Shown here piece after piece: positions 40,709-52,336 of a DNA stretch of 64,000 bases (within the stretch, counting starts at the first letter, position 1; every line of letters begins with the position of its first letter). A program made the position numbers and the translations under genes. The DNA comes from Geosiphon pyriformis uo1 (Eukaryota > Fungi > Glomeromycota). The stretch is taken from positions 1 through 64,000 of the forward strand of contig JAAOMT010000420.1 in the NCBI GenBank assembly GCA_016748015.1, written 5' to 3'. Below the pieces are notes generated by a model. It had not been told where the DNA came from. It was given only the letters and a program-made list of their open reading frames with translations, and searched no databases.

Positions 40709-41894
40709 TAATAGATTTATAATTAGTTTATAATAAAAATTAATTTTTTATAAAAAATTTTAACTGCGAAAATTTTAAAAACATATAATTACTTTACAAT
40801 AAAAGCCAATTTTTTTACAAAAAATTTCAATTATAAATTTTTTAATAATATAGAATAATAATAATAATAATAATTTTATTAAAAAAAAAATGTTTTCTGT
40901 TTAAATTTAAAACAACTAAATTATTTATTAAAATTAATAATTAATTAATTTTAAAATAATTATTATAATAATAAATTTTAAATTATTAATTATAAAAAAG
41001 ATTTGGTTTTTAAAATAAAAATTTATTTTTTTAATTTACAATAATTAATTAATACTTAATTGTAAATTAATTAATTGTTTTTATTTAATATATTTTCTTA
41101 AAAAAAATTTTTTTATATATATTTAATTATAATTTTTTTTTATTAATATATAAATTTTTTAAAAATTAAATATATATTTTAGTATATTACAAATTATTTT
41201 AATAAAGTAATAAATATTTTACTAAATTTTTAAATATTTTAGTGAATTTTTAAATATTATATAATTTAAAAAAAATTATTTTATTTAAAAAAAATTAAAG
41301 TTTTTATTAGAAAACTTTAACTAATAATTTTTTTATAATTAATAATAAATTGTTTTAAAAAAATTAAAAATAATTAAAATTATATTTTAAAAATTTTTAT
41401 AAATAATAATATTATAATCAAATTAATAAACTAATGAATAGCAAAAAAAAACAGTATTATATAACAATAAAATAATCAAAAAAGTAATTCAACTTTAATG
41501 AATATATTGAATTAATAAAAATCCAATATATAAGATCAGTTTTATAAATATTTTAGTTATTATTCTTTTTAAAAAATAAAAAATAAATTTAAAAATAAAG
41601 AAATAGTCTATATTGTTAATAAAAAATAACATATTAGTATAATTTTATGTCTTATATTAATGTTCTTAAAATTTAATATTAGGTATTAATTGTACTTTTT
41701 AATAAATATTTATTCAATATATTTTACAAAAACTAATAATTATACAAATTAAAAAAAAGAAAAAGAATTAATATTGTTATATTAATTTAAGTATAATTTA
41801 AAGATAAATATATTTTTATAGCTTTAAAAAGTTTTACTTATATATTATTAAAAAAAAATCAATAATTAGATTTGTAATTACATTAATAAACTAG

Positions 41895-41975
41895 TTAATA
41901 ATTAAGTTAATAATTAAGTTAATAATTAGATTAATAATCAAATTAATAGTTATATTAATAATTATATTAATAACT
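41895..41975. repeat. 12-bp tandem repeat, consensus about TTAATAATTA(A/G/T)N, roughly 7 copies
   Basis: ttaataattaag ttaataattaag ttaataattaga ttaataatcaaa ttaatagttata ttaataattata. Confidence 0.7.
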
Positions 41976-42574
41976 TATTTTAAAAACAAAATGACTAATT
42001 ATATAATATTAATGATTAATACATATGATTAATTATGACTAAATAAATAATTAAAAATTAAAAAGTAAAAATTTTATTTGTAATAATATAATTTAAATTA
42101 ATTGCTAATAAGTTACTTTACAATATATTTTAAATATTATTAATAACTTTTATGAAATTAATAATATTTTATTAACAATAAAAAACTATAACTATTTTTA
42201 TTTTTTATATATTTAAGAATTTTATTTTGTATATTAATAATATATCTATATTTATTATTAAAAAAAAAAGAAATATATAAGTATTTTAAAAATTTTTTGT
42301 TAACTAATAACTTATTTAAATTCAATATAAAAAAAACTTAATCTAATATTAATTTTTTTACAAAAATAGTTTTAAAAAAAACTATATTAAATAAACAATT
42401 TTTGTATTTAATTTTAATAGTTTTATAATTAATAATTGTTTATAAAACTTAATTCAATTTTATATTTAAAAATATTTGTTTAAAATAAGACTTAATTATT
42501 AAAAAAAAAAAAAAAAAATTCAAAGCCAATCTGCTTAAAATTTTTCTAATAAGATAATTTATTATTTTTAATAT

Positions 42575-43775
42575 ATAAGTGTGTCTGAGATGTCTTTAGG
42601 TGCTTCTAATTTCCATAATTAATGCTGGCTGGAAAGGCGTCATATTTTTAATTTGGTCAGGGATAAGGATCTTAGTGTGAGTTAGGTTAAGGTAAAAGGA
42701 TACTCTGGGATTTCTGATAATGTGAGAGCTGACTTGGCTGCTGGGGCTGCCTCTGGGTCTCCCTTTTCCCTTTGTGCCGATGTGCGTGAACATTTTTTGG
42801 TTGCTGAGGGTGTCGCTGTTTCTGGTAATGCCCGTCATTTTGTCAGAAATATCTTTCAATCAATTCGTTGTACTCATTGGGAAGCTGGGCCTGGTTGTGA
42901 TGTAGTTCCAGATGTGATGGTTGGTTGCATAAACTGGGTTGTTACGGCGAAGGTGTGGCATCCTGATTCTCATATGCTTGCTGGTTTCACTAGCCGCGCA
43001 TCCTCATCGCTTTGCACTTATGTTATAAAGGCTGTGCACAGGAGGTTGCCGGTGGCTATTAGAAAGAGGTTGTATGATAAATGCTACCCTAGTGTGTTGT
43101 GTTTGCTTTGCGGTGAGGTGGAGTTCTTTGACCACGTTTTTACTTGTGTTCATGAGTCTGGCATTCGTGGTAAGATTTTGGCGGAGGCTTCTGCTCGTTG
43201 GTCAGCTTTGTCTGGTGGTTCCTCTGCTTTTGCTGTGTTGTGGGTTTTGTCTCAATGTTCCATTGATGTTGGGCTGTATACTTTGGTGTGCAAAGGGTTT
43301 GTGCTGGAGGAGTGGTATGAGAAGACTTGCGATGTTTTTGAGGATAGAAAAATGGCCACTGCTAGGATTGTTGAGTATGTCAGGTTCATTGTTGGTTTAC
43401 ATCGTGCTAAGGTATGGTTGGCTAAAGCCAGCCACCAAGTGGTGATGGAGAAGGCTGGTCTGGTCTGTGATGTTGGTGTTGTTTCTGGGCTCCCTTGTGG
43501 TGTGTCTTTGGTTTTGTCTGACGGTGTTGTGAGATTGCTTGGTTTGGCCAATTTTTTTGCTGTTAGCTTTGGTCGTCGGAAGCCTTTTTGTTTCTTTTCT
43601 GGTCTGGGTGGCAGTGTGCGGGTAGTTATAGATGTGTAGTGTTGTCTTGTCTGGCCTGAGTGGCTAGCCACATGTAGAAAGTGCGTGAGTCACGTTTAGT
43701 TTGAGCCTCTTAGTTTGGTTCTATGTACTAGATAGCGATTGGGCTACACTCGTTAAATGCGTTAATAAAAAAAAA
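42575..43775 (+). mobile_element. 5'-truncated LINE: end of RNase H, CCHC zinc finger, 3' UTR and poly(A)
   Basis: VKVKG(Y/H)SGIS(D/G)NVRADLAA (RNase H C-terminus), CLLCGEVEFFDHVFTC zinc finger, ORF stop at 43639, 3' UTR ending TTAATAAAAAAAAA. Confidence 0.88.
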
Positions 43776-43979
43776 TATATATATATAATTTTAAATTTTT
43801 TAAGCAAGTTTAAATAAAAAAAAATATAATTAATATAATTATTTTTGTTAATACAAAAAACATTATTAGAAAACTTTTAATTATAAATAATAAATTTATA
43901 TATATTAATTTAATAAATATAATATTTGTTATTTTTTATTTTTTATTTTTATTTAATAAAAATTTTATATATAAGTATT

Positions 43980-44300
43980 TGTTAATTGTTTTAAGAAAGA
44001 AACTATACAATTTATTTTATTTAAATATTATTTATTTATATTGTAAATTGTTAAAAAATTTAAATTATGTTTTATTGTTTATTGCTAATTTTGCTTTAAA
44101 AAAAATATTATTTTATGTGTTATTATTAAGTAAATATATATTTTTGGTTATTTAACTGCAGATTTTATTAATTATTTAATTGTTGTATAATTTATTTATT
44201 AATAATTATTTTTATATGATTATGTTTAAAGACTTTATGTTAAAAAATTGATTTTTTAAGACTATAATAATATTTGATAGTTCAAAAAAAACGGTATACA
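43980..44300 (+). pseudogene. Hypermutated 'ghost' copy of a related LINE C-terminus
   Basis: Reads RKKLYNLFYLNIIYLYCKLLKNLNYVF (from 43994) and KDFMLKN* (from 44228), versus RKRLYDKCYPSVLCLLCGEVEFFDHVF and KGFVLEEW in the neighbouring copy. Confidence 0.7.
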
Positions 44301-45765
44301 TATTGTTTTATTTGTATAGTTGTCTTTAAAATTAATGTCGAATTTTAATGTAACAAAATACTTGAATATATATATTTTATTTACTTTTTTTTGTAATTAC
44401 TTTTTTAGGCCAAAATTTAATTAATTATTTTTCTATTACTTACTCAAATATTACATAAAAAAAATCAGAATAAATTATATAAACAGTATATAAATTATAT
44501 TTAATTTAAAATATTAAATTATTATATTATATTAAATAGTAATTAAACTTTATTTATTAAACCAAATAATTTTTTTTTTTGAATTTTGGCCAAAATTTTT
44601 AAGTACTGAAATTTTAATTTTAATAAAAATTTAAAATTTATAATAATTTTTAAAAATATAAATATTTAAATTAAAATTTTTATAATAATAAAAAATTATA
44701 TAGTAAAATTTAAGTATATTTATTAAATATAATTAGACTTGATAAGAACTTTTGTGTTCATAATTGTAATTAAATTCCAAAAAAAATCTTCAAAGCTTTA
44801 TTACAGAAAGCCAACAGTTACAATTTTATATTAATTATAATTTTTCTGAAAATAAAAATCAATAAAAGTCTAAAAAAATATATTTTTATAATCATTTATC
44901 AATTTACAATGTGATTTTTTATTTTTAATAATCAGAGTTTTTACATATTATAATCTCTTTTTCAAAAAGTCTTAAAGAATGCAGAAAAAAATAACGGGAT
45001 CATCTGTGATGAATAAAATTGGATAATTACTGTATTATAACAATATCTATAGACTGTAAAGTAAAACTTTAAACGTATTGGTTGAGCTCGTCAAATAATT
45101 GATGTAATAACCATTTTTTGCATTATGAGATAAACGCGTTTTTTCACTAACTGTGCAGCAGCATCTTGAGTGATTTTCAGGAAATTTTTATCATACTCTT
45201 CATCATCCTATTGTAATACTATTAATCGCATTATATAGCAAATCTTTCATATCCTGAAATCTTAACGGATTCTAAAGTAAAACAATGTCAGTTCAGTCTA
45301 ATATCAGAATAATTTCAAAAAAAAACAAAATCTTTAATTGAGTAGATCAAAAGAATAATTACTATTCACTTTAATAAATATTTACCAGCAAATAGCATTT
45401 TTAAAAGTTATTATATATGTTCTTTTTTTGAAAGTTCCTCTTCTGACCAATCGAGCGATAAAAATGAATTGGAGCCAAGATCCACGATATTCAAAGTCTT
45501 ATGTTAAACCATACATAATCGCTTTTACTTTAATAGTTTTTGGATGGGAAAATCTTGAATAAAGTTTTTTTCAAACGTCAAATAACTCCAAATGGGCGTA
45601 GATAACAAGTTAACGGTTATCTTTTATTGGGAAATTTTGAATAGCGATTACTTGATTTTATCACACCAATTGAAAAAAGAATGAATCAATATTAAGTAAA
45701 ATTAAATTTCAAAACATAAAAACCCTAGAATTATTGAAAGGATATATAATATCCGATCCTGAACA

Positions 45766-45813
45766 TAAACCTAAACCTAAACCTAAACCTAAACCTAAAC
45801 CCAAACCCAAACC
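45766..45813. repeat. Hexamer microsatellite (TAAACC)n/(CAAACC)n
   Basis: About 8 units lying just past the stop codon of the minus-strand 45825-46355 gene. Confidence 0.85.
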
Positions 45814-45824
45814 AAAAATTAATT

Positions 45825-46355
45825 CTAATACCTGGGTTGTATTCCAAGAACCCGTTTCACTCCACCAAACCAATTGCGCCACATACTTCCAAATGAAATA
45901 CTCGATCCTATATAGCGAAACAAATGCCGGCTTGATCCCCAAAAGAAACCAAACCAGAACGGTCGCCATATCTGTTCACGCACCACAAACAAGAACATTT
46001 GTCCAAATGTGTTCTGTCGCGCTAGTTGTGATTCCACCGATGGTAAAGTCAACATTTGGATCAAACCACCCATGGCAGTTTGCGGTCGTCGTGGTGGGAC
46101 AATACCATTTATCTCTGGTTCCTCACCTATCGATCGTTCACTAGCTTGTTCACTGGATCCGATTTCACTTGAAAGGTCGCTGAGAGTGAGAGAATTGATA
46201 GTCATGGTTGGACTGGGAGGTGCATCATTGTTAGCTTGAAAGATTGGTCTAGTATGGCTATAGCCTATTTCGGATGTCCCAGAATCTGATAATGATTGAA
46301 TGAGGTTGGAATCTGAGTCAGATGGGTGATCTAGAATATCGTAGGAATCATCCAT
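45825..46355 (-). CDS. Atg43/DUF1770-like mitochondrial outer-membrane protein with N-terminal AIM (176 aa, intronless)
   Basis: N-terminal MDDSYDIL (acidic + YxxL), Ser-rich linker, C-terminal FVVREQIWRPFWFGFFWG..LFRY resembling the RDQxxxPxxxGxxW segment of DUF1770/Atg43. Confidence 0.62.
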   Translation of the reverse strand: MDDSYDILDHPSDSDSNLIQSLSDSGTSEIGYSHTRPIFQANNDAPPSPTMTINSLTLSDLSSEIGSSEQASERSIGEEPEINGIVPPRRPQTAMGGLIQMLTLPSVESQLARQNTFGQMFLFVVREQIWRPFWFGFFWGSSRHLFRYIGSSISFGSMWRNWFGGVKRVLGIQPRY

Positions 46356-47524
46356 GGTGACGAAAGACAATGCTTTGACTCTTAATTCTTTGATTATACT
46401 TCAGTTGCTTCCACAGATTATATAGATTGTGAAATAAACTCCAAGAGTAGACAGAAACTGGAGCAATTGAATGGGCCAAAAGATCTGACGGAACAGTCTT
46501 GAGTGATGGATCAAGAAGGGAATTTATATCTTTCTCAAATTTCCTGATTCAATTGATAATTAAAAGTCTTGAACTATCAATTAAATTATATAATTATCTT
46601 TGTGAGATATCTAAATTTAACAGAACATGAGAAGTCGCAAGGAGACAATGAAGACAGAAAGAACAACCCAAGCCTAAAATAAAGCTAATATTAGTTGAAA
46701 AAAAAAAAAAAAAATACGCAAAAAAATCTTCAAAAATGAAATTAACACTCAGCCAGTGTAACTTAAAAAGACTAAATGGGAAATTAAAAATTTGATTGAT
46801 TTCATTTTTTTTTTTTTCATTTTTCATTTTTCATTTTTCATTTTTCTTCACGGTCTCTTTCTTATTTTCTGTATCTTTTCTCTTGTAAAAAAATAAATAA
46901 ATAAATATCAAGTTTAAATAAAATAAAATTCTTTTTCAAAGGAAATTTTAATTTTCTGTTAATTTTATTTGATAGGTGTTCTTATTTGTTTAACTTTGAC
47001 CCATTATACCAACTGAATTCAGCAGCAATGTTAGCCTCATGACATTTTTACTACAAACAGTCAAAAAATATCCCTCTAATTCACCGTCTCAAAGTAAAAT
47101 TCAGTCTTTGATGATGGGGGAAACAGGGGGAAAGAAAAACTTGTTTCGGCAACTCACTCTATAATAACCCTTCTTTATCACATTTTTCCTCTGGAAGTAA
47201 TGTTAGTAAATGGTTATTATCATTAGAGCTGTACATTCTTTAGAAATTTTAAGATAGGATTGAAAATGTGACAAATAAGCATCACATTGAGATTTGCACA
47301 TTGATATATTTTCTTGAATGTATTTAAAGGATTGAAATAAAATTCCTAATTTGTCTACCCTCTTGAAAGTTTTTGAATCCAAAATCTGTGAGAATTTGCC
47401 ATGTTAAAAGATATTTAGCCCTCTTGCATGACCCCAGTAATTCGCTGATGTCATCGTCAACACCATTATATTTGTTATTTGGATTCCTTTCGGAAGGGTT
47501 AAGCCGAAATAACCTTTAAATTTA

Positions 47525-49797
47525 ATGAGCAATACACTCATCGAACCTGCAGAGAGAGGCAATTCGGAAGTTTTGCAGGAAACAGTTGAGGCATCTTCGA
47601 GTACCACTCACTTCGAAACTGTTTTCTCAAAAGATTCAGTCACACAAAATGAAAACGATTTGCTTTCAGCTGAAGGCCAAACTGTTCATGGTCTTCAGGA
47701 AGAAGAGACAAAAAGCGAAACTCAGGATCTGACAGAGATTTTTAACCTCGTTCGTCATGCTTATCAAATTGCAAAGGGATATCACAAACGCCGGTAACTA
47801 TTCAATTGGGTGTGTGCTTTTTTCCTCGAAAACAGAGAACCTACTTGTTTTTCCCGTATGATTCCAATAGTTTTTCGTTTTCCCTTATTCTTTTTGAAAA
47901 CTTTCTAAAACAAGCAATAAATTTTTAAAATAATGCGACAAAGAGAAGCTAGAAAAGCCTCCGCTGAGGCTATCCAAGAATCACTTCAAACTGAAGATAA
48001 AAATTCCTTGAAAAAGTGGAAGAAAATCATGGAAAAACTTGAGTTGGCACGTGCCCAATCCCCTCTCGCCAGACGAAGACTTTTAATGAAAACTGTAGTA
48101 CCAAGAATTGGCAAGGTATTTGCAAAAATAACTCATTTATTAAGAAAAAAAAAAGGAATATATATATTACAACACTAGTCAATTAATCCTTAGTTAATTA
48201 GCTGGACTTTTCAGCCGTGAAAAATTTGTCAGTTTAGTCATCTTAGGAGTTCATGGCTGCTGATATAATACGTGATACAAACATCCAAAGTCATACACCA
48301 TACCTTCGTGATATTTCAAGGTTTTCCATGAAAGATTCATTGAAAAATAACAGATCAAATTAACGTCTGGATGATTTTAATAGGGAATCGCCCATGAAAA
48401 TATTTGGTTAATGCTTGAAGGTGAACATGGTTTAGAGTTTCGCGATGAGCAGCATCGATATGGGGCCAATTTAAAGGTTCGTTCTTCTAAATCTCGACTA
48501 AATGTATCAGTGCAAGTGTTTCAAAATTAACATTTTGCATCTGCTCCTAATATGAATAATTTTAAACTTTCTTAATCCACCTTTTTAATTTTTTTGATTC
48601 TAATTCAATTATAAGGTTTACTTCGAGGAATATAAGGGACCTGACACCAATGAGGACTTTTTTTATTGGTTGGATAAGGGTAAAGGAGCTACGCTTGATT
48701 TACCTCATCTACCACGTAAAAAACTCAATGAACAAAAAGTCAAATATTTAGACGGTGACGAACTAAAGGATTATGAAGTCATTATTAAGGACGGCCTTTT
48801 GATTTATGATAAAAGTGGAGTCCCTGTACATACCAACCCAATATCTCATTCTTTCAAGCTTGAAGAGAATTCAGTTTTAGGTGTACAAGAAACAAATAAT
48901 CTTGAAAATCAAAAAGACGAACAATATGAAATAGACGATATAGACGAGAAAAGTTCTATAAAGAGCCATGGATCTGCAGAAACAGATGTTGTTAAGGAGA
49001 AATGGATATATGTTCAAGGTCGTGATAACAAATTATATGTGAACAGAAAAATAAAAGGACATTTTCATCATTCCTCTTTTTTTGGTGGTGAGCCGGTTCA
49101 CGCTGCTGGAGGAATTAGTGTAGACCATGGAAAACTCTTGGAAATCACTCCTAAAAGTGGACACTACAAACCGCATGCGGAGCATTTCGATAAATTGAAA
49201 GAACAACTCCAAAAGGGTGGAATCGACTTTAAAAATGTTGCCGTTGTTAAATGCGATAAAAAAAGGAGCAAGAAATCAATTGAGAAAAAATCAGAGAATT
49301 TCTTGAAGGATTATGAATGGCTCAAAAAAATAGGTCTTGCATACTGGGATACTGACATCGACGAGGAGGGAAATAACAAAAACCAAGTTGTTAATGTAGT
49401 AGTTTCAAAGGATTTCAAACCTGAGGAAACAAGAGATGTTGAAACCGTTTCAATCTCGGCCTTAATAACAGCAACAACAACAACCTCGTCATCTAAAAAA
49501 TCCCCTAACGAACCTGACAAAACTCGACTAGTTTCAAAAGATTTAATAGAAGTTAAACAAACAAAGAATATTGAAACTACTTCAATCTCGGCCTTAATAA
49601 AAACAACAACACCCACAACAACAACAACAACAACAACAACAACAGTATCTAAAAGATCCCACAACGAACCTGAATCTTCATTAGCTACCACCTCTACTAC
49701 TAGTGTGGATCTTTTGATAAAAGCTCACCCTAAAGAAAACAATGGTCATTGTCTATGTAAACGTCTTCTCGATAAATTCCTTAAAATGTTTCATTAA
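47525..49797 (+). CDS. IQM-family (IQ calmodulin-binding motif) protein
   Basis: Degenerate IQ motif (KGYHKRR), DEQHRYGANLKVY..TNEDFFYWLDKGKG..LPRKKLNEQKVKYL, KWIYV, GHFHHSSFFGG..AAG..TPKSGHYKP. Four exons. Confidence 0.85.
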
Positions 49798-50097
49798 TGA
49801 AAATGGACATTTGGCTCGTTGATTTTGTGATATTCCTCAAATATTGGATGATGAGGATTTATATAATACTGTAAGCTCTACTTGACGTTCTGTGGTTTAT
49901 AATGGCAAATAACGACGCGTCCAAGTGATGGAATAACCATACTAAACTTTGTGGGATTTGGTCTTTGGACCAATAATTAGATTAGATTTCGTGTATGGTC
50001 TTAATAGAAACCATCAGTCATTTTAATTCCCTTATTTTATTAAAATTTTATCAAAAAAAAATTATAAAATTATAAAAATTTTTGCATTAAATATTTG

Positions 50098-50128
<31 letters not shown>

Positions 50129-50677
50129 TAATAGAATTATAATTTAAATTATCATTTCATTTTTTATAAACGGAGAAATATATTATTGAAAAAATTTAAA
50201 CTTTTACATTATTTTTTTTTGTTAATTTATCACAATATTTTTTTTAACATTGGGCCATTTTTAATAAATGTGACAAATAAGTATTAAATTGATTACAATT
50301 AATTATACTTATATAATTTTGGAATTGCAATTATGTAACGATTAAGTATTATATTAATTACAACTTATTAAGATGTCATATATTTTTTTTCTTTTATGAA
50401 TGTAATTTTTTTATAATTTATTTAAACTAACATATTTACATGTTTAAAATAGGCATAAACTTTAAATTTTTTTTACACATAATTAATATTATTTTTATTA
50501 ATACATGAAATTAAAAATAATCCCAAAAAATCAATTTTTAAAAACAACAAAATATTGTTTTTTATAATATAATAGATTTAATTTATTTTTAAACATAATT
50601 ATATATATATTTTGAATATTTTTTTTTCAATATTAAAAATTTTCAAAAAAAAATAATTTATATTAAAAAAATTGTAC

Positions 50678-50724
<47 letters not shown>

Positions 50725-52336
50725 CATATTATTAATATTAAATTCATTTTTGATTATTTATTTAAACAATTAAAAAAAATTATTATTTATTATTTAATAA
50801 ATAAATAAATATATATATATATATTAAGTTTTAAAATTAATTCTTAAAAATATTCAATAGATTTATGTTTAATAATAATAATAAAAAGATTTATCTTAAA
50901 TTTTAATAAAAATTAACCAAAATTAAAGAATTCTTAAAATATCAAAATTATTTCAAAAAGGTTAAATATTTTAAAACAAAACTACAAAAAATTTATTTCA
51001 GTCAAATATTATCAACTGTGTAGAAGCATTCCACATAAAAATTATAATAATACAAAATAATTTAAATTTTTTTGTAAATTTTCTTTTGACTTTGTTCTAC
51101 TCTTGTTTGATTTCTTATCATACATTAATCTTTTAACCTTTCTGGATATTCATTCAATTGTTTATTTTGGTATTATAGTTTTAAAAACAGGCAATTGTTA
51201 TTATTCAAGATCTTAGTTCATTTGTTACTCTTTTAATATCAGGATCATACATGGTTTTCAATTTTTGTCGACTAGTAACGTATAAAAGTTATGACGAATG
51301 AAAAGTTTATCCTATTAATTAGAAAAACTAATTAAATCAATAATTCAAATCCCAAAATTTTAATACCCCAAATTCAAAATTCAAAATCAACCGATAAAAT
51401 GAATCCTAAAATCTTAATTACAATACAAATTGCCAGCGTTACATTGTATACTCGACATTTCATTTATTATAAATTTCATTGCTTTGTTTATTGATTGACG
51501 TACCGTGACATTTTTCCTTGAAAAATGTCTTTGTAAACGGAGTGAATAATTATTTCAGTTACACTCATTTTAAACGAAATATTTAAATATTTAAATACCC
51601 AAAAATTTTCATAAGAAAAAGAATTACTAAGGGATGATTTGGAGGGGATATTTTGTTACCAGATGCTGGGGTATTACGTAGGCCGTGCTACGCAAGGCTG
51701 GCGCGGGTGTAGGTTCTTTTTCGTTTGAAAGAAAATGTAAAATGTGTTGATTTTTATGAAATATATTGTTTAGCCTGTAAATTAATCACATGTAAAAAAT
51801 TCATGATTACGTATAGTTTAATATTTTGAAATATTGAAAAAGTTGTTTTATACGGAATATTAGGGTATGCATAATAAATTAGGTTATTTTTTATTTATTT
51901 ATTTATTTATTTAATAATAATAATAATCTATTTATATATTTATTAGAAAAATTAATTAATAATATGAAATAGAAACTCCAACCAAAACCACAGAGAACAA
52001 AATCCCCAAAATAATTTGTATTGAATATTAGGCTGTTAAATTTCTTTTCTTGGAAAAATTTATTGTCCGTATCAGTAATCAAACTTGAAATTATAAGCTT
52101 GCTATATTTACCATGATAAAAAAGTAAGATCTTCCAATATACACTTATTATTCTCACTATTATAGAAGAGTTAAAATAGAAAAAACAAGTTCAAAAGAGA
52201 ATGATCTTTATCGAAAAAGAATTTTATAGAATGAGAAATTTCCTAAAGGTTATATTGCTTTATATGATTTCCATTCTCCCCACCCACCACAAACCCAAAA
52301 GGAGACTCAGAAAATTCCCAAACCCAAATTCTTTCT

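Larger units (their letters stand above)
39300..45000. other. Extremely AT-rich tract containing LINE fragments at different stages of decay
   Basis: Almost no G/C outside the two recognisable LINE 3' ends. Confidence 0.8.

Noticed and set aside
45734-46144. PKPKPK ORF and telomere-like hexamer array
   Set aside because: Antisense to the Atg43-like gene and produced by a short microsatellite. The unit is not TTAGGG and the array is internal.
51100-51480. Possible small minus-strand gene
   Set aside because: Could not build an open spliced frame; stops occur in all frames tried.
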